Assembly: GCA_963785235.1 (NCBI GenBank)
Contig: CAWAUM010000001.1
Coordinates: forward strand, 384,001 to 448,000
Reading direction: 5' to 3'
Origin: an uncultured delta proteobacterium
Lineage (GTDB): Bacteria > Desulfobacterota > Desulfomonilia > UBA1062
Length of the DNA stretch: 64,000 nucleotides
Part shown: piece by piece, positions 30,610 through 41,282 of the stretch
Position numbering within the stretch: position 1 is the first letter of the stretch
How the letters are laid out: each line of letters opens with the position of its first letter
Notes under the pieces: model-generated
Database searches by the model: none
Told to the model about the DNA's origin: nothing
The model's input: the letters and a program-made list of their open reading frames with translations, nothing else
Made by a program: the position numbers and the translations under genes

Positions 30610-30650
30610 GGCAAGACCATGGACTCATCCTCCCAGGTCTTGCCTTTTTT
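30610..30650 (+). terminator. Rho-independent terminator after the MCP gene
   Basis: GGCAAGACC...GGTCTTGCC followed by a T run. Confidence 0.65.
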
Positions 30651-31002
30651 AGGATGTAAAGGGACTGACTAAGGATGGACAGGAGCTTTTCAGGGATGAA
30701 AGAGGACGTGTTATGACCTTGGGAAAAAAGGTCTCCCTCATCTCCATCCTTATCATGGCTGCCACAATTCTGACATACTACGACATTGTCAGGTTTATTG
30801 GCTGAACAGGGTGACTGTCTTAATTTGCTTAAGGAACCCTAAGCGAGCTACATCATGACAGAAGATACAGTTAGATATAAAATGACTAGTGTTTAAACCT
30901 CACTATTATCTAACTGGTAATCAATTGTTGTCTTCCTCGTCAGATTGAGCAAAATAGATATAATATAATGGAATATCTTTAAGTGAACGGGGCTATTTAT
31001 CT

Positions 31003-31140
31003 GTACTCAAGCTGGGATTGCCCATGATTGTATATTCGGCATATGGTAGTTGTGTAAACGATTTTCTTGTCCTGGCAGCAGATGCCTATGTAGTGAAGTC
31101 TCCGGACTTGTCGGAGCTGAAACCCGGATCCATGAATTGG
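31003..31140 (+). pseudogene. Receiver-domain remnant, paralog of 12195..12605
   Basis: Reads VLKLGLPMIVYSAYGSCVNDFLVLAADAYVVKSPDLSELK versus LKIDAPVIIYTAYLSYKKNYLAMAADAYVMKSSDLTELK. Confidence 0.7.
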
Positions 31141-31355
31141 CAAAGGGTTAATCTTGACAAAACAAGAAACCATATTATTATTTAAATAGAGTATCAGAAG
31201 AACTCTCATCAAAGATATGGATGAGGTCCATCACCGAGAGCTTTGTCCCCAATGAAATTTTCTGGCACTCAGGTTATCTTGATTGATATTTTTTATGTAG
31301 TTAGTTCCATGGGCCTGGAAATGTCTTAATGTAAGATTATGATGAGGAGGGAACC

Positions 31356-33918
31356 ATGGATGAAGACGGCAAGGTGTACCAAGGGTCTTTTCCTGCAGCA
31401 GGTGAGGAGCAGGGGAAATTGCAGGAAAGCGAGCGGAAGGCCAGGGCCATTCTCAACCATACCTTCCAGTTTATCGGATTAATGGACACCTATGCATCTG
31501 AGGCAAACGAAGCACGAGGCAGCGGGAGCAAGGAACCCCATGCGGAACCCAGTTTCTGGGAGACTCCAGGGTAGACTCACAGCTGAATTGTAGAACAACA
31601 TTCATCAACACAATAAAGAAGTCTGCGAATGAGGTGAAGCCTGTACGTTCGAAGCTACCCTGCGCGCAGCAGACGGGAGTATGTAAGAGGCCTCGCTGAA
31701 GCGGTACAGATGAAAGGGTGAAGATGTCTATCTTATCCCTGAAGGCCGGGATATCACTGATAGGAAAACGATTGAAGAAGAACTCAAGAAACACCGTGAC
31801 CATCTGGAAACGCTGGTCAAGGAACGTACAGCCGAACTCACCAGGGCAAACGACATTGAACCAGGAACGAGCGGAAAGGAAGAGGGTGAAGATGGCCCTG
31901 CTCGAAAGGGAAGAGAGCGATAACACCCATTATGAGCGCCCCAGCAATTTTTATATAGCAGCAAGTTAAGTCATCAGTGTTTCTCCGAACGTTGAGAATG
32001 CCCTCGGATACAAACCCGAAGAATTATGGGCCTTTAGGAATTATTTTTTCGACCTTCCCTGTGAGCAGGCTCCTCGACGCCGAACAGCAAGTAAGCTGAC
32101 CGCAGATGATTCCCGGCAGATACGGACTATCCAGAACACGGCCGGAAGTTTTCCGATGTTGCGAACATCAGCACGCTCAGCTACAGCAGTGGGGGTATCA
32201 ACCCTGCGGTATCCAGAGATATCACCACGAAGGCGGCGCCGCGCTGCTCAAAAGGACCGTGGTGACGTCGGAAGAACTGGTGAGTGAAAGAACAGCCGAG
32301 CTCACCAGTTTGAATGAACAGCTTTCACGGGAGATCCAGAAGCAGAAACAGACAGAAGATTCTCTTAAGAATCAACAAGCAAGACTTGACAGTATCATCC
32401 GTTCGGCCCCCATCGGCATCGGCATAGTTGCCGATCGCGTTATGCTCGAAGTAAACGAGCATTTGTGTAATATGACCGGATACAGCCGTGAAGAACTGAT
32501 AGGGAAATCCTCCCGCATGATCTATGTAACCCAGAAAGAGTTTGAATTTGTAGGAATCGACAAATCCCGTCAAATCAAGGAACGGGGTGTGGGGTGTATG
32601 GAAACACGCTGGAAGAGAAAAGACGGCGGTATTCTCGATATTCTTCTGAGTTCCACCACATTAGTCCCAGGCGATTTTTCTTCCGGGGTAATGTTCACTG
32701 CCCTTGATATAACCGATCGAAAGCGTTCTGAAAAACAATTGCTCGAATCCCAAAGAGGTGCGCCGGTGCTGGACGCCATTCCGATACGGATCGAGAAAGA
32801 CCTGGATCTGAACTATCTGGGATGCAACCGTCGATTTACCCAAGAGGCAGGCCTGGTCAAACGAGCCCTCCATTGTCCGCTATGAACGATTGCAATCAGC
32901 TGGGCTTGGATGAGAGTTTACCGATGCATAACCCTGCGGTGATTGATACCGGGCTACCCAAACTAAATTACGAACATCTCGAAAAAAGGTCGGACGGCAG
33001 CTCGGCATGGCTGCGATCAAGCAAGATCCCTCTCCAGGATATAGACGGCAAGACCAAAGGGATGTTGGGTATTTCTGAAGACATCACCAAACAGAAACTG
33101 GCCGAAAAAGAGCTAGGGCAGAACCAAGAATACTTCCACGCGATCACTGAAAATTTGCCGGGAGTTGTCTTTCAGTTCTTTGCGCGCAAGAACGGCGAGA
33201 GCGGGCTTTACTATGTGAGCGACCGCTCCGCTGAGATACTGGGCTGGACAACAACCCGAAAGATTTCTTTGAGCTTATTGTCTCCCGCTGTGCCCCTGAA
33301 GATAAAGAGAACCTGTTCGCATCGATAGATGAAGCTATCCGATCGGTCAGCAGGTGGGAATTTGAGAGCGAGTTATGAAAAACCAACAGGAGAGAAGATG
33401 TATATCCGGGGCATTTCACTACCCAAAGAGTATGAAGACGAGATCATCTTCAGCGGATTGCTTTTGGATGTCACGGAGCAGAGACTTGCGGAAAAAGCCA
33501 TCAGAACAGCCAATAAACAGCTGGAAAACATCATCGAGTTCCTGCCGGATGCAACCTGTATCATTGATGAGAGAAAAGCGCATTATCGCCTGGAACCGTG
33601 CCTTGGAAGAGATGACAGATGTCCCGAAAAGGGATGTTATCGGGAAAGATCATTACTACTGCAAGCACCTTTCTATAAACCAAGCCAGTCGCTCAGGAAC
33701 CCTGAAAAGATGATGAAGAGATTACAGCGAGAACACCTTGGTAATAAGGGCTGTGGACTCGGTCGCGATTTTCCCTTCAATGATACCAAGTGAAAGGGCC
33801 ACTGGGCAGTGCTTCTCGCTGTATGATGGAGAGGAAGTGATCGGATGCATCGAGTCCCGACAACGACCATGAAAGACCGGAGCATGAGCTGAAGGACACC
33901 TGGATAATCTCAGAAGAG
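31356..33918 (+). pseudogene. Multi-PAS sensor region (one or more genes), fragmented
   Basis: PAS/PAC fragments in shifting frames: ILNHTFQFIGLMD, SPNVENALGYKPEE, NMTGYSREELIG..KRKDG..DITDRK, ISEDITKQK, ENLPGVVFQF, EFLPDAT. Confidence 0.7.
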
Positions 33919-34461
33919 ATGGTCAAGGAACGAACAGCAGATCTGACAAAAACATACGAGCAATTGAAACAGGAGAACGAGACAAGAAAAACTACGGAAA
34001 ATCTCTTGCGATCACGGGAAATGGAGCTTGAACAAAATCAGCTGAACCTGAAAGAAACAAACATCGCCTTACGGATTCTGCTCCAGAAGAGGGATGAGGA
34101 CCGGGTTACATTGGAAGAAACCATCATGACCAATATCAAGACGGCTGTCTTCCCCTTTATTGAGAAGCTCAATAATCAGGCTTACGGAAGGGCAGAATGC
34201 ATACTGTCCGAGATCGAGCTCCATCTGAGAGAGATCGCATCAACCTATATCAAGAAACTGTCCTCTGATCATATCAGCCTCAGCCCGTGCGAGATCCAGG
34301 TGGCGTCACTCATCAAGGAAGGGAAGTCCTCAAAGGAGATCGCGGAACTCCTGAATGTATCTCTGAACACGGTCCTGTCCCATCGGTTCTGCATCCGGAA
34401 AAAAACCGGGCTGAAAGGGAAAAAGATCAACCTGGAATCCTATCTGCAGACCTTGACATGA
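33919..34461 (+). CDS. LuxR-type HTH C-terminal part of a PAS-LuxR regulator
   Basis: LKETNIALRILL coiled coil; LSPCEIQVASLIKEGKSSKEIAELLNVSLNTVLSHR..IRKK. Confidence 0.8.
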   Translation: MVKERTADLTKTYEQLKQENETRKTTENLLRSREMELEQNQLNLKETNIALRILLQKRDEDRVTLEETIMTNIKTAVFPFIEKLNNQAYGRAECILSEIELHLREIASTYIKKLSSDHISLSPCEIQVASLIKEGKSSKEIAELLNVSLNTVLSHRFCIRKKTGLKGKKINLESYLQTLT

Positions 34462-34483
34462 AGTGATCTTTTAGGGATTTTTT

Positions 34484-34741
34484 TCATGGCATCTTTTTGG
34501 GCAAGGCCTTCAATGCCTTTATGTACCTGGCCTCATTGAAAGGCCTTGTGGATTTGAGCATATCATTCATCTCCCTGACCAGGACAAAGGCGATCAATCG
34601 CATTGCTTCATCGTGAGGACGGCCTTCACGAATCAACTGTGATAGGGTGAGTTTTGTTTCTCTGGGATTGTTCTTATCGATCTGACTCTGGATTGTTTCG
34701 AACAGTGCCTCTCTCACATTTATCTTGTTGTCATTAGCCAT
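34484..34741 (-). CDS. Conserved-looking small helical hypothetical protein
   Basis: 85 aa, Q...NNPRET..TL..L...G..HDEA...PFNEARY..ALK.LP pattern. Confidence 0.7.
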   Translation of the reverse strand: MANDNKINVREALFETIQSQIDKNNPRETKLTLSQLIREGRPHDEAMRLIAFVLVREMNDMLKSTRPFNEARYIKALKALPKKMP

Positions 34742-34928
34742 TATTTCCCCCGGTTCTAAAACGATCTGATGTGGTTTTTCCTGATCAGTAATCCTGCGTA
34801 TCCCACGAGTGCGAAGGTTTGCACCGGCCCAGAAGGTGGCGGCAGGGGAGGCGACATCCCAAAGCCATCCGGCCAGAATGCTCGCTATCAGCGTGCCATA
34901 CCTTTCATTACACGATACCTGTCAGTGC

Positions 34929-35591
34929 TCACTCATGTATTGGCCATACAGAAGGATACGGGGCTTCGATCTTGATCGGTGAGTTCAGCGTGGGGTGCAT
35001 GAACTCCATTTTCTTGTGGTGCAGTGCAATCTCGCCGGTGGGTGTCCATTTTTCTCCGCCATAGTGAACGTCACCGAGGATAGGGAACCCGGCGGCTCCG
35101 AATTGTGCCCTGATCTGGTGGTAGCGGCCGGTCTCAAGGATGATCTCAACAAGGATTAATGTTTTAAAACGATTAATGATGCGATAGGTCAGCAGCGATT
35201 GCCGTGATCCGGGCTCTTGTGGAGAAGCGAGCACGGACCTCATCCGTGAGTGCTTCAGGTGGTGCATCAGGGTACCGTGCGGCCCCGGCAGGTCATTGGT
35301 GACAACGCCGTGGTAGACCTTGATGATGCTCTTGCCTCGCATCTGTTCGTTCATCCTGCTTAAGGCCTTGCTCGTCCGGGCAAAGATCACTATGCCGCTT
35401 ACCGGCTTGTCAAGACGGTGAACAGCATGAAGGTAGACCTCACCGGGCTTGTCTTTGGCCTGTTTGATCCAGGCCTTGGCCTGGGCCTCCAGGCTGTCTT
35501 CGGTCTTTCCTGATGGCTGGGTGAGCAGGCCTGCCGGCTTGTTCAGGGCCAGCAGGTGGTTATCCTCATAAAGGATCTCTAATGAAGCCAT
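34929..35591 (-). CDS. RluA-family pseudouridine synthase
   Basis: LNKPAGL, HRLDKPVSG, TGRYHQIRAQ, PILGD..YG. Confidence 0.93.
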   Translation of the reverse strand: MASLEILYEDNHLLALNKPAGLLTQPSGKTEDSLEAQAKAWIKQAKDKPGEVYLHAVHRLDKPVSGIVIFARTSKALSRMNEQMRGKSIIKVYHGVVTNDLPGPHGTLMHHLKHSRMRSVLASPQEPGSRQSLLTYRIINRFKTLILVEIILETGRYHQIRAQFGAAGFPILGDVHYGGEKWTPTGEIALHHKKMEFMHPTLNSPIKIEAPYPSVWPIHE

Positions 35592-35603
35592 GGCTTGGCT
35601 ATG

Positions 35604-36501
35604 TCATCTCCTAAGCAGGGATGCCTCTTCACAGACCCACCTGCAATATGTTCCGCTGGGTACCGGCAGCACGAGCCCCTTGCCTTCCAGCAGCATCTCG
35701 CCGCTTTCGTAATGTGATGGAATCTGTGAAGGCGTTGTGCCGGTCAGGATGTTCTGAAGCGCCCGTGGCGTACAGGTGGGGGTATGTGAAGTCAGCAGGA
35801 TGAACAGGGGAGCCTCTGATAGCAGGGTCCAGCATTTTTTCACTGTTGCAATGAGCTCATCCTCGATCTTATAGACCTCTTCATTTTTGCCATGGCCATA
35901 GGTGGGAGGATCCAATATCACTGCATCGTAACGCCGCTGGCGCCTTATCTCTCTTTCCAGAAAACGGTTCACGTCTTCTACTATCCAGCGGATGGGGGCA
36001 TCGGTCAGGTTGTTGAGCTCCGCATTCTCCCTGGCCCATGTGACCATGCCCTTGGATGCATCCAGGTGGCAGACCTGAGCCCCGCAACGTGCAGCCGCAA
36101 GGGTTGCACCGCCGGAGTAGGCAAAGAGGTTGAGCACGGAGACCTGTGTCCGGCCAATGACGTTTGCCTGTGTCAGGAGGGAGTTTATCCATTTCCAGCA
36201 GGCCTCGTTGTTCGGGGAAGATCCCAAGGTGTCCGAAGTCGGTAGGGCAGAGCCTGAAGCTCAGTCCTTCGAGTGTTATACGCCAGGATTCCGGAAGTTC
36301 GGTGCGGACCTGCCAGCCTTTTCCGGGTTTGCGCTCAAAGGTGGCATCGGCCTCTTCCCATGCCGCCGTGTCTTTCTGCGGTTCCCAGATGGCCTGTGCA
36401 CAGGGCCTGATAAGCTGGTAGCGGCCGAAGCGTTCAAGCTTCCTGCCATTACCGCTGTCCATAAGCTCATAATCGTATGCCTGGGGTTGTTTGGTTTTCA
36501 T
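35604..36501 (-). CDS. Class I SAM-dependent methyltransferase (RlmI/RlmK-like), one frameshift near 36205
   Basis: YELMDSGNGRKLERFG, FGHLGIFPEQ, then VLNLFAYSGG, LDASK, ILDPPTYG. Confidence 0.82.
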
Positions 36502-36550
36502 GGCTTCCTTTGATGATTGTTAGCATCACTAAGTACGGCCTGTACAGGTA

Positions 36551-37546
36551 TTATTTCATGGATTTGGGTGTTATAATTTCCTGGCCGTAAACTGCAATCC
36601 TGATAACTTTGCCCTGTGAGTCTTTGGCAGGGAATAAGCTGATGGCAAATGACCTCCCCAGGTTCTCATCGGAAAAACGCAGAGGTTTGCCTGAACTGAT
36701 GACCTGGTCAAAGTAGGGTTTTCTCCTGAGTATTACATCTCTTGTAACATGATCAGCAATAGGGGACCGCACTATTTCTTTTACGGATTTGCCCATTATC
36801 CGTGCTGCAGAATCGTTCAGGGCAAGAACAGTGCCTGACGGATCCAGAAGGAGTAATGAATCCGTACAGGCGTTCAGCAGGGCTTGCGCTGTTTCTTCAC
36901 GCTCCCTGAGTGATTCCAGTATCTCGATGCGCTCGGTGATCTCCCTGGCTACCGAGATCACCTCCACAACCTTGCCATCCCGCATGATAGGGACTTCGCT
37001 CAGCTCTCCAAACTTACCTGCACCATCTTTGGTGATGAACCGGAAGATAGATGAATAGACCTTTTTTCCCGAGAGCAGGAGCAAGGCATTTTCGATCGCC
37101 TCCTCCAGGTCTGCAGGGTCGAGCACGTTCAATTCATGAAACTGTTTGCCAACAATTTCCTCTGGCTTGTATCCGAGGATTCTTTCAACATTCGGGGAGA
37201 CACCTTTGATCCTGAACTGATTATCCCAATGAAACATGACATCATTTGACAAGGAGAAATGGATGCGATATTTTTCTTCATTCTCGTGTAGTGCTGCTTC
37301 AATTCTTTTATACTCTTCAAATTCCCGGTTCAGCAGTTCGTTTGCAGCCTTGATTTCAACGGTGCGTTCTCTGGCCAGATCATCCAGGAGATCCGCCTGT
37401 TTCTTTAGTTCTTCTGCTTCTTGCTTGGACTTGGATACAGCGTTTTCCAGATCTGCTATTGTCCTGCGTGCCATATCCAGCTCTTCTATGAGCTGAGCTC
37501 TCGTCTTGACATCATCTTTCATGCCGGGTATCCCCCGCTCCGGCAT
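36551..37546 (-). CDS. Tandem PAS-domain protein without output domain, paralog of 13257..14114
   Basis: YRIHFSLSNDVMF, VSPNVERILGYKPEEIVG, FITKDG, VAREIT; second PAS. Confidence 0.82.
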   Translation of the reverse strand: MPERGIPGMKDDVKTRAQLIEELDMARRTIADLENAVSKSKQEAEELKKQADLLDDLARERTVEIKAANELLNREFEEYKRIEAALHENEEKYRIHFSLSNDVMFHWDNQFRIKGVSPNVERILGYKPEEIVGKQFHELNVLDPADLEEAIENALLLLSGKKVYSSIFRFITKDGAGKFGELSEVPIMRDGKVVEVISVAREITERIEILESLREREETAQALLNACTDSLLLLDPSGTVLALNDSAARIMGKSVKEIVRSPIADHVTRDVILRRKPYFDQVISSGKPLRFSDENLGRSFAISLFPAKDSQGKVIRIAVYGQEIITPKSMK

Positions 37547-37785
37547 AAATGGTGTTGAATGGGTTCACCTGAATGCCCCGCCCTTTTTCTGCAAGAGGGA
37601 ACATGGTGAAAGATAAAGGTGCCCTTGGTAAGGATGAATAATCCCTTGTAGTGTATCCTCATAAGATTTCCATATCATCTGTTTATTTTGTATACCTATA
37701 AATAATAATGCTCAAAATATCATGTGCAATATTGAGAAGCGAAGCATATTTCAATCAGTAGTCTTTAAAAAAGAAGTTTTCCCAG

Positions 37786-39015
37786 TCATTTTGTCTTGCA
37801 GATAAGTCCTTTCAAATAGCTTCCTTCCGGGAAGGAGAGCAGGACGGGGTGGTCGGATGACTGCCCCAGCCGCCTTATGATCTGGGCTTCACGTTTGGCA
37901 TCAAGTGCGGCATCCGCAACGATCTTGCCGAAAAGCTCAGCAGTGATATGCCCTGAGCAGGAAAAGGTAAAGAGGGTACCGCCAGGATTCAGTAGTTTGA
38001 ACGCCAGCAGATTGATGTCCTTGTATCCACGGCTCGCCCCCGCCACCTGTTTTGCAGATGCCGCGAACTTGGGCGGGTCGAGGATAATAAGGTCGAACTT
38101 TTTATCCGCATCCCGCAGGCTTCTGAGCACCAGGAACACATCGTCCTCCATGGTAAGGAATTTCTGGTCCATGCCGTTCAACCCTGCGTTCGTCAGCCCC
38201 AGCGCTAAGGCGTCAGGTGATGATTCGATGTTCGTCACCTGGAGTGCGCCACCCTTAAGGGCCGCTATACCGAAGGCCCCTGTATAGGAAAAGCAGTTGA
38301 GCACCTCGGCCCCTTTGGAGAACTCCTGAACGGCCATCCTGTTTTCGCGCTGATCCAGATAGAATCCGGTCTTGTGGCCTCTTCTGACATCAACCTGAAA
38401 ACGCATGCCGTGTTCCCTGATCTCGAGGAGTTCCGGAGGGTCTTCTCCCCAGATGGTCCCAACGCTGGTCTCAAGCCCTTCCAGGGCACGTGTGTCCGTA
38501 TCTGAGCGATCAAAGATGCCCTTGGCATGGGTGATGTCTGCAAGTTGCCTGATGAGCTCATCCTTGAAGAACGCCACGCCTGATGAGAGGAACTGGCAGA
38601 CAAGAAAATCATTATAGCGGTCTACAACAAGGCCCGGCAAGCCGTCTGACTCCGCATTCACCAGGCGGCAGGCAGTAAGGTCTCCACCTTCAAGCAGGTG
38701 TGAGCGTGCCGCAATTGCATACTCAAGCTTTTTACGGAAAAACAACTCCGTGATGGCCTCGCCTTTTGTGAAGGACCAGATGCGCACACTTATCTGCGAG
38801 TGGGGGGAATATGCGCCTGTCGCGATCCATGTACCATCGGAGGCACATACGTTTACGGTCTGGCCTGGAGTCGGATTGCCCGTAACCTCTGCTACCGCCC
38901 CGGAGAAAATCCAGGGGTGGTGTCTTTGCAATGACTCGTCACGGCCTGGTTTGAGGATTATGGTGCATGTTGTGTCTACGTTCGAGTTTTTATCCATAGC
39001 CGCACACAATAGCAT
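37786..39015 (-). CDS. rlmI: 23S rRNA m5C1962 methyltransferase
   Basis: HPWIFSG, NAESDGLPGLVVDRY, GHKTGFYLDQRENR, VLNCFSYTG, ILDPPKF, FSCSG, PEGSYLKG. Confidence 0.92.
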   Translation of the reverse strand: MLLCAAMDKNSNVDTTCTIILKPGRDESLQRHHPWIFSGAVAEVTGNPTPGQTVNVCASDGTWIATGAYSPHSQISVRIWSFTKGEAITELFFRKKLEYAIAARSHLLEGGDLTACRLVNAESDGLPGLVVDRYNDFLVCQFLSSGVAFFKDELIRQLADITHAKGIFDRSDTDTRALEGLETSVGTIWGEDPPELLEIREHGMRFQVDVRRGHKTGFYLDQRENRMAVQEFSKGAEVLNCFSYTGAFGIAALKGGALQVTNIESSPDALALGLTNAGLNGMDQKFLTMEDDVFLVLRSLRDADKKFDLIILDPPKFAASAKQVAGASRGYKDINLLAFKLLNPGGTLFTFSCSGHITAELFGKIVADAALDAKREAQIIRRLGQSSDHPVLLSFPEGSYLKGLICKTK

Positions 39016-39098
39016 TTAAGGGCCGCAATAGATAGGCCCAAGGCATCGAAAAAAATCACTTCTTGCGGGCAAGGCCAGGCGTTTTTGTCTGCACCCCG

Positions 39099-40010
39099 CT
39101 AAGAACAGTTGCAGGTATCTCCGGTGATCCTGCACTCCTCACCGCTGTATTCGATTTCAACCGTGGAGTGATCCATTCCGTGGGTAAGCATGAGGTTTCT
39201 TATGTGGTCTTTGATAACCATGATATCTTCTCTTGTAGCACCCTTGTCCACCACAACATGGGTGGTCAGTACGTGATGCATGCCGTCCAATGACCATATA
39301 TGGGTATGGTGGGTGCAGGTGACGTGTTCCAGCGAGCGCATATCTTTTTCAATGGCCTCTATATCAACCCCTTGGGGTACACCCTGCATGAAGACTCCGA
39401 AGGTCTTGCCCAAGTTTTTCAGGACATTGAACAGTACATAGGCCGTGATCATACAGGACAGCAATGGGTCAAGAAAAGGTATATCCCTGATGAGGAGGAT
39501 GAGGCTGACGGCAAGGACGGCGGCCCATCCGAGCACATCCTCCAGAAGGTGCCATGTAACCATCTTGGCGTTTATGCCGGTGCTCCCCTTGAGTCTGAGA
39601 ACTGCTGCGCCGTTTACCGCAATCCCCATGAGGGCGAAAAGGACCATGCCTGGTGCGTAAGAATGCTGGGGGTCAAATATCCTTGGGATGGCATGGAGCA
39701 GGATGAACACAGAACCTAATATGAGCACAGTCGCGCTGATCAGCGCGCCCAGCAGGGAGAATCTGCGGTACCCGTATGAATAGAGCGCATCTCCTTTTTT
39801 CATGGAGAGACGTTCCAGGAACCATGCTGAGCCCAGGGCGAAACTGTCCCCCAGGTCGTGGATGGCATCGGCCAGGATGGCAAGACTGTTTGTCCACAAC
39901 CCGCCGAAAATCTCGATGATGGTAAAGACAAGGTTCAGGAAAAATGCGAGCCTGATATTGCCCAGATCGGCGTGCTGGTGATTATTGTGATCGTGATGGT
40001 CATGCCCCAT
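39099..40010 (-). CDS. Cation diffusion facilitator (CzcD/ZitB-type Zn/Co/Cd exporter)
   Basis: His-rich N-terminus, ADAIHDLGDS, YGYRR, HLLEDV, HHTHIWSLDG. Confidence 0.92.
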   Translation of the reverse strand: MGHDHHDHNNHQHADLGNIRLAFFLNLVFTIIEIFGGLWTNSLAILADAIHDLGDSFALGSAWFLERLSMKKGDALYSYGYRRFSLLGALISATVLILGSVFILLHAIPRIFDPQHSYAPGMVLFALMGIAVNGAAVLRLKGSTGINAKMVTWHLLEDVLGWAAVLAVSLILLIRDIPFLDPLLSCMITAYVLFNVLKNLGKTFGVFMQGVPQGVDIEAIEKDMRSLEHVTCTHHTHIWSLDGMHHVLTTHVVVDKGATREDIMVIKDHIRNLMLTHGMDHSTVEIEYSGEECRITGDTCNCS

Positions 40011-40124
40011 GGTTTTGCAGCGCCCCTTTGAATTCACCTTCTCTTTGCAAGATGGTGTTTAAGGCGTTAAGGATTCTTTCCATCTCCATCGTTCAGGGCG
40101 CACTCTTCACATGGTTATATCTGT

Positions 40125-41250
40125 CTAAAACACCTTGTTCAGGCCCGCGCTCAGGGTGAAGCCCTTATAATCGAGGTCTTCATCCGGGTGATACCAGTTT
40201 TTCTTGTCCTTCATACTGAACAAAGTCAGGTCAATATTCCCCTTGGTGGTCTTGGAAAAGGTCTTCTCCATGCCGCAGCCGAGGGCTATCTTGTGGCGTC
40301 CTCCGGCATAGTAGGGGGAGTCCTGCTCGAAGCCGTTTTCCGCAATGCTCAGGAAGCTCAAGTGGGATATCACTGAAGTGGTGGAGCTCAGGAAGCATTT
40401 TTCTTTCAGGGTTGCCTGCCATTCATCGCCGTAGTTTTTCTCGCTGTTTATCGGTGTTGCTGCAGTGGTGTAATATTTGCCCTTGGCGCGGAAGATGCCG
40501 GTAATGTCTGCATCCATCTGCCATGACGACCGCGTATAGGTTGCCCCCAAGCCAAGAAGCGTGAGTGCGCCTTCTTTGTAATAATCGTCGCCGCCCACCG
40601 TGTCTTTGCCGTAGCTTGCATATTCGCCCAGGATCCTTCCCTGGAGCTCTTCTGTAAGGGCATAAACACCCTCGGCGGTCATGGTAAAGACATCGCCGGG
40701 ATCAAGGTCCTGGATCATCTCGGAGTAATCATATTCCCCTCTCCACTGGTATCCCATGCCGAATCCGGCTGTCAGCCTTTCCCATTCCTTTGATACACCC
40801 AGATAGGGATTGATGTTGAACCCCTCACCAAACGAGGTGATGGGCAGCAGGTCAGGGGGCAGGTAAGTGAGCGCGAGTTCGTCGGTCTTGAAGTCGGTGT
40901 AACCGGTGGGCAGATTGAACCCGCATCCGGCAAGGATGTCAGCCGGAGTCCGGCCGATAACCTCATAGGAGAAGTTTATCTTGGTGTCAAGAAAGCGGCT
41001 CAGAGATACCGAGTCCCCCTCATCGGGCTTTATGGATGTGTAGGCAAAGGCGTTTAAAAGCTGGCCCTTGAATCCCTCATATACGAACTCAGCGTGTATG
41101 GGCACGGCCACCTGGGTGCCCTTGTCGCTGTTATCGCTTTTGAACCAGGTGAAGCTTACCCCGGTGTCGAGCTGCTTTTCAAGGGCAAGGGCAGGGCTGC
41201 TGAACAGCATTAGTAGCATGAGAATCGGAGCTAATCAATCTATGGATCAT
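40125..41250 (-). CDS. Putative outer-membrane beta-barrel protein; start probably 41250 with a frameshift in the signal peptide
   Basis: Signal peptide ending ALA; alternating hydrophobic/aromatic strands (GFGMGYQW, LGLGATY); C-terminal GFTLSAGLNKVF resembles a beta-signal. Confidence 0.7.
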
Positions 41251-41282
41251 ATCCATACCTCACTAGATGATTTCATATTCAT

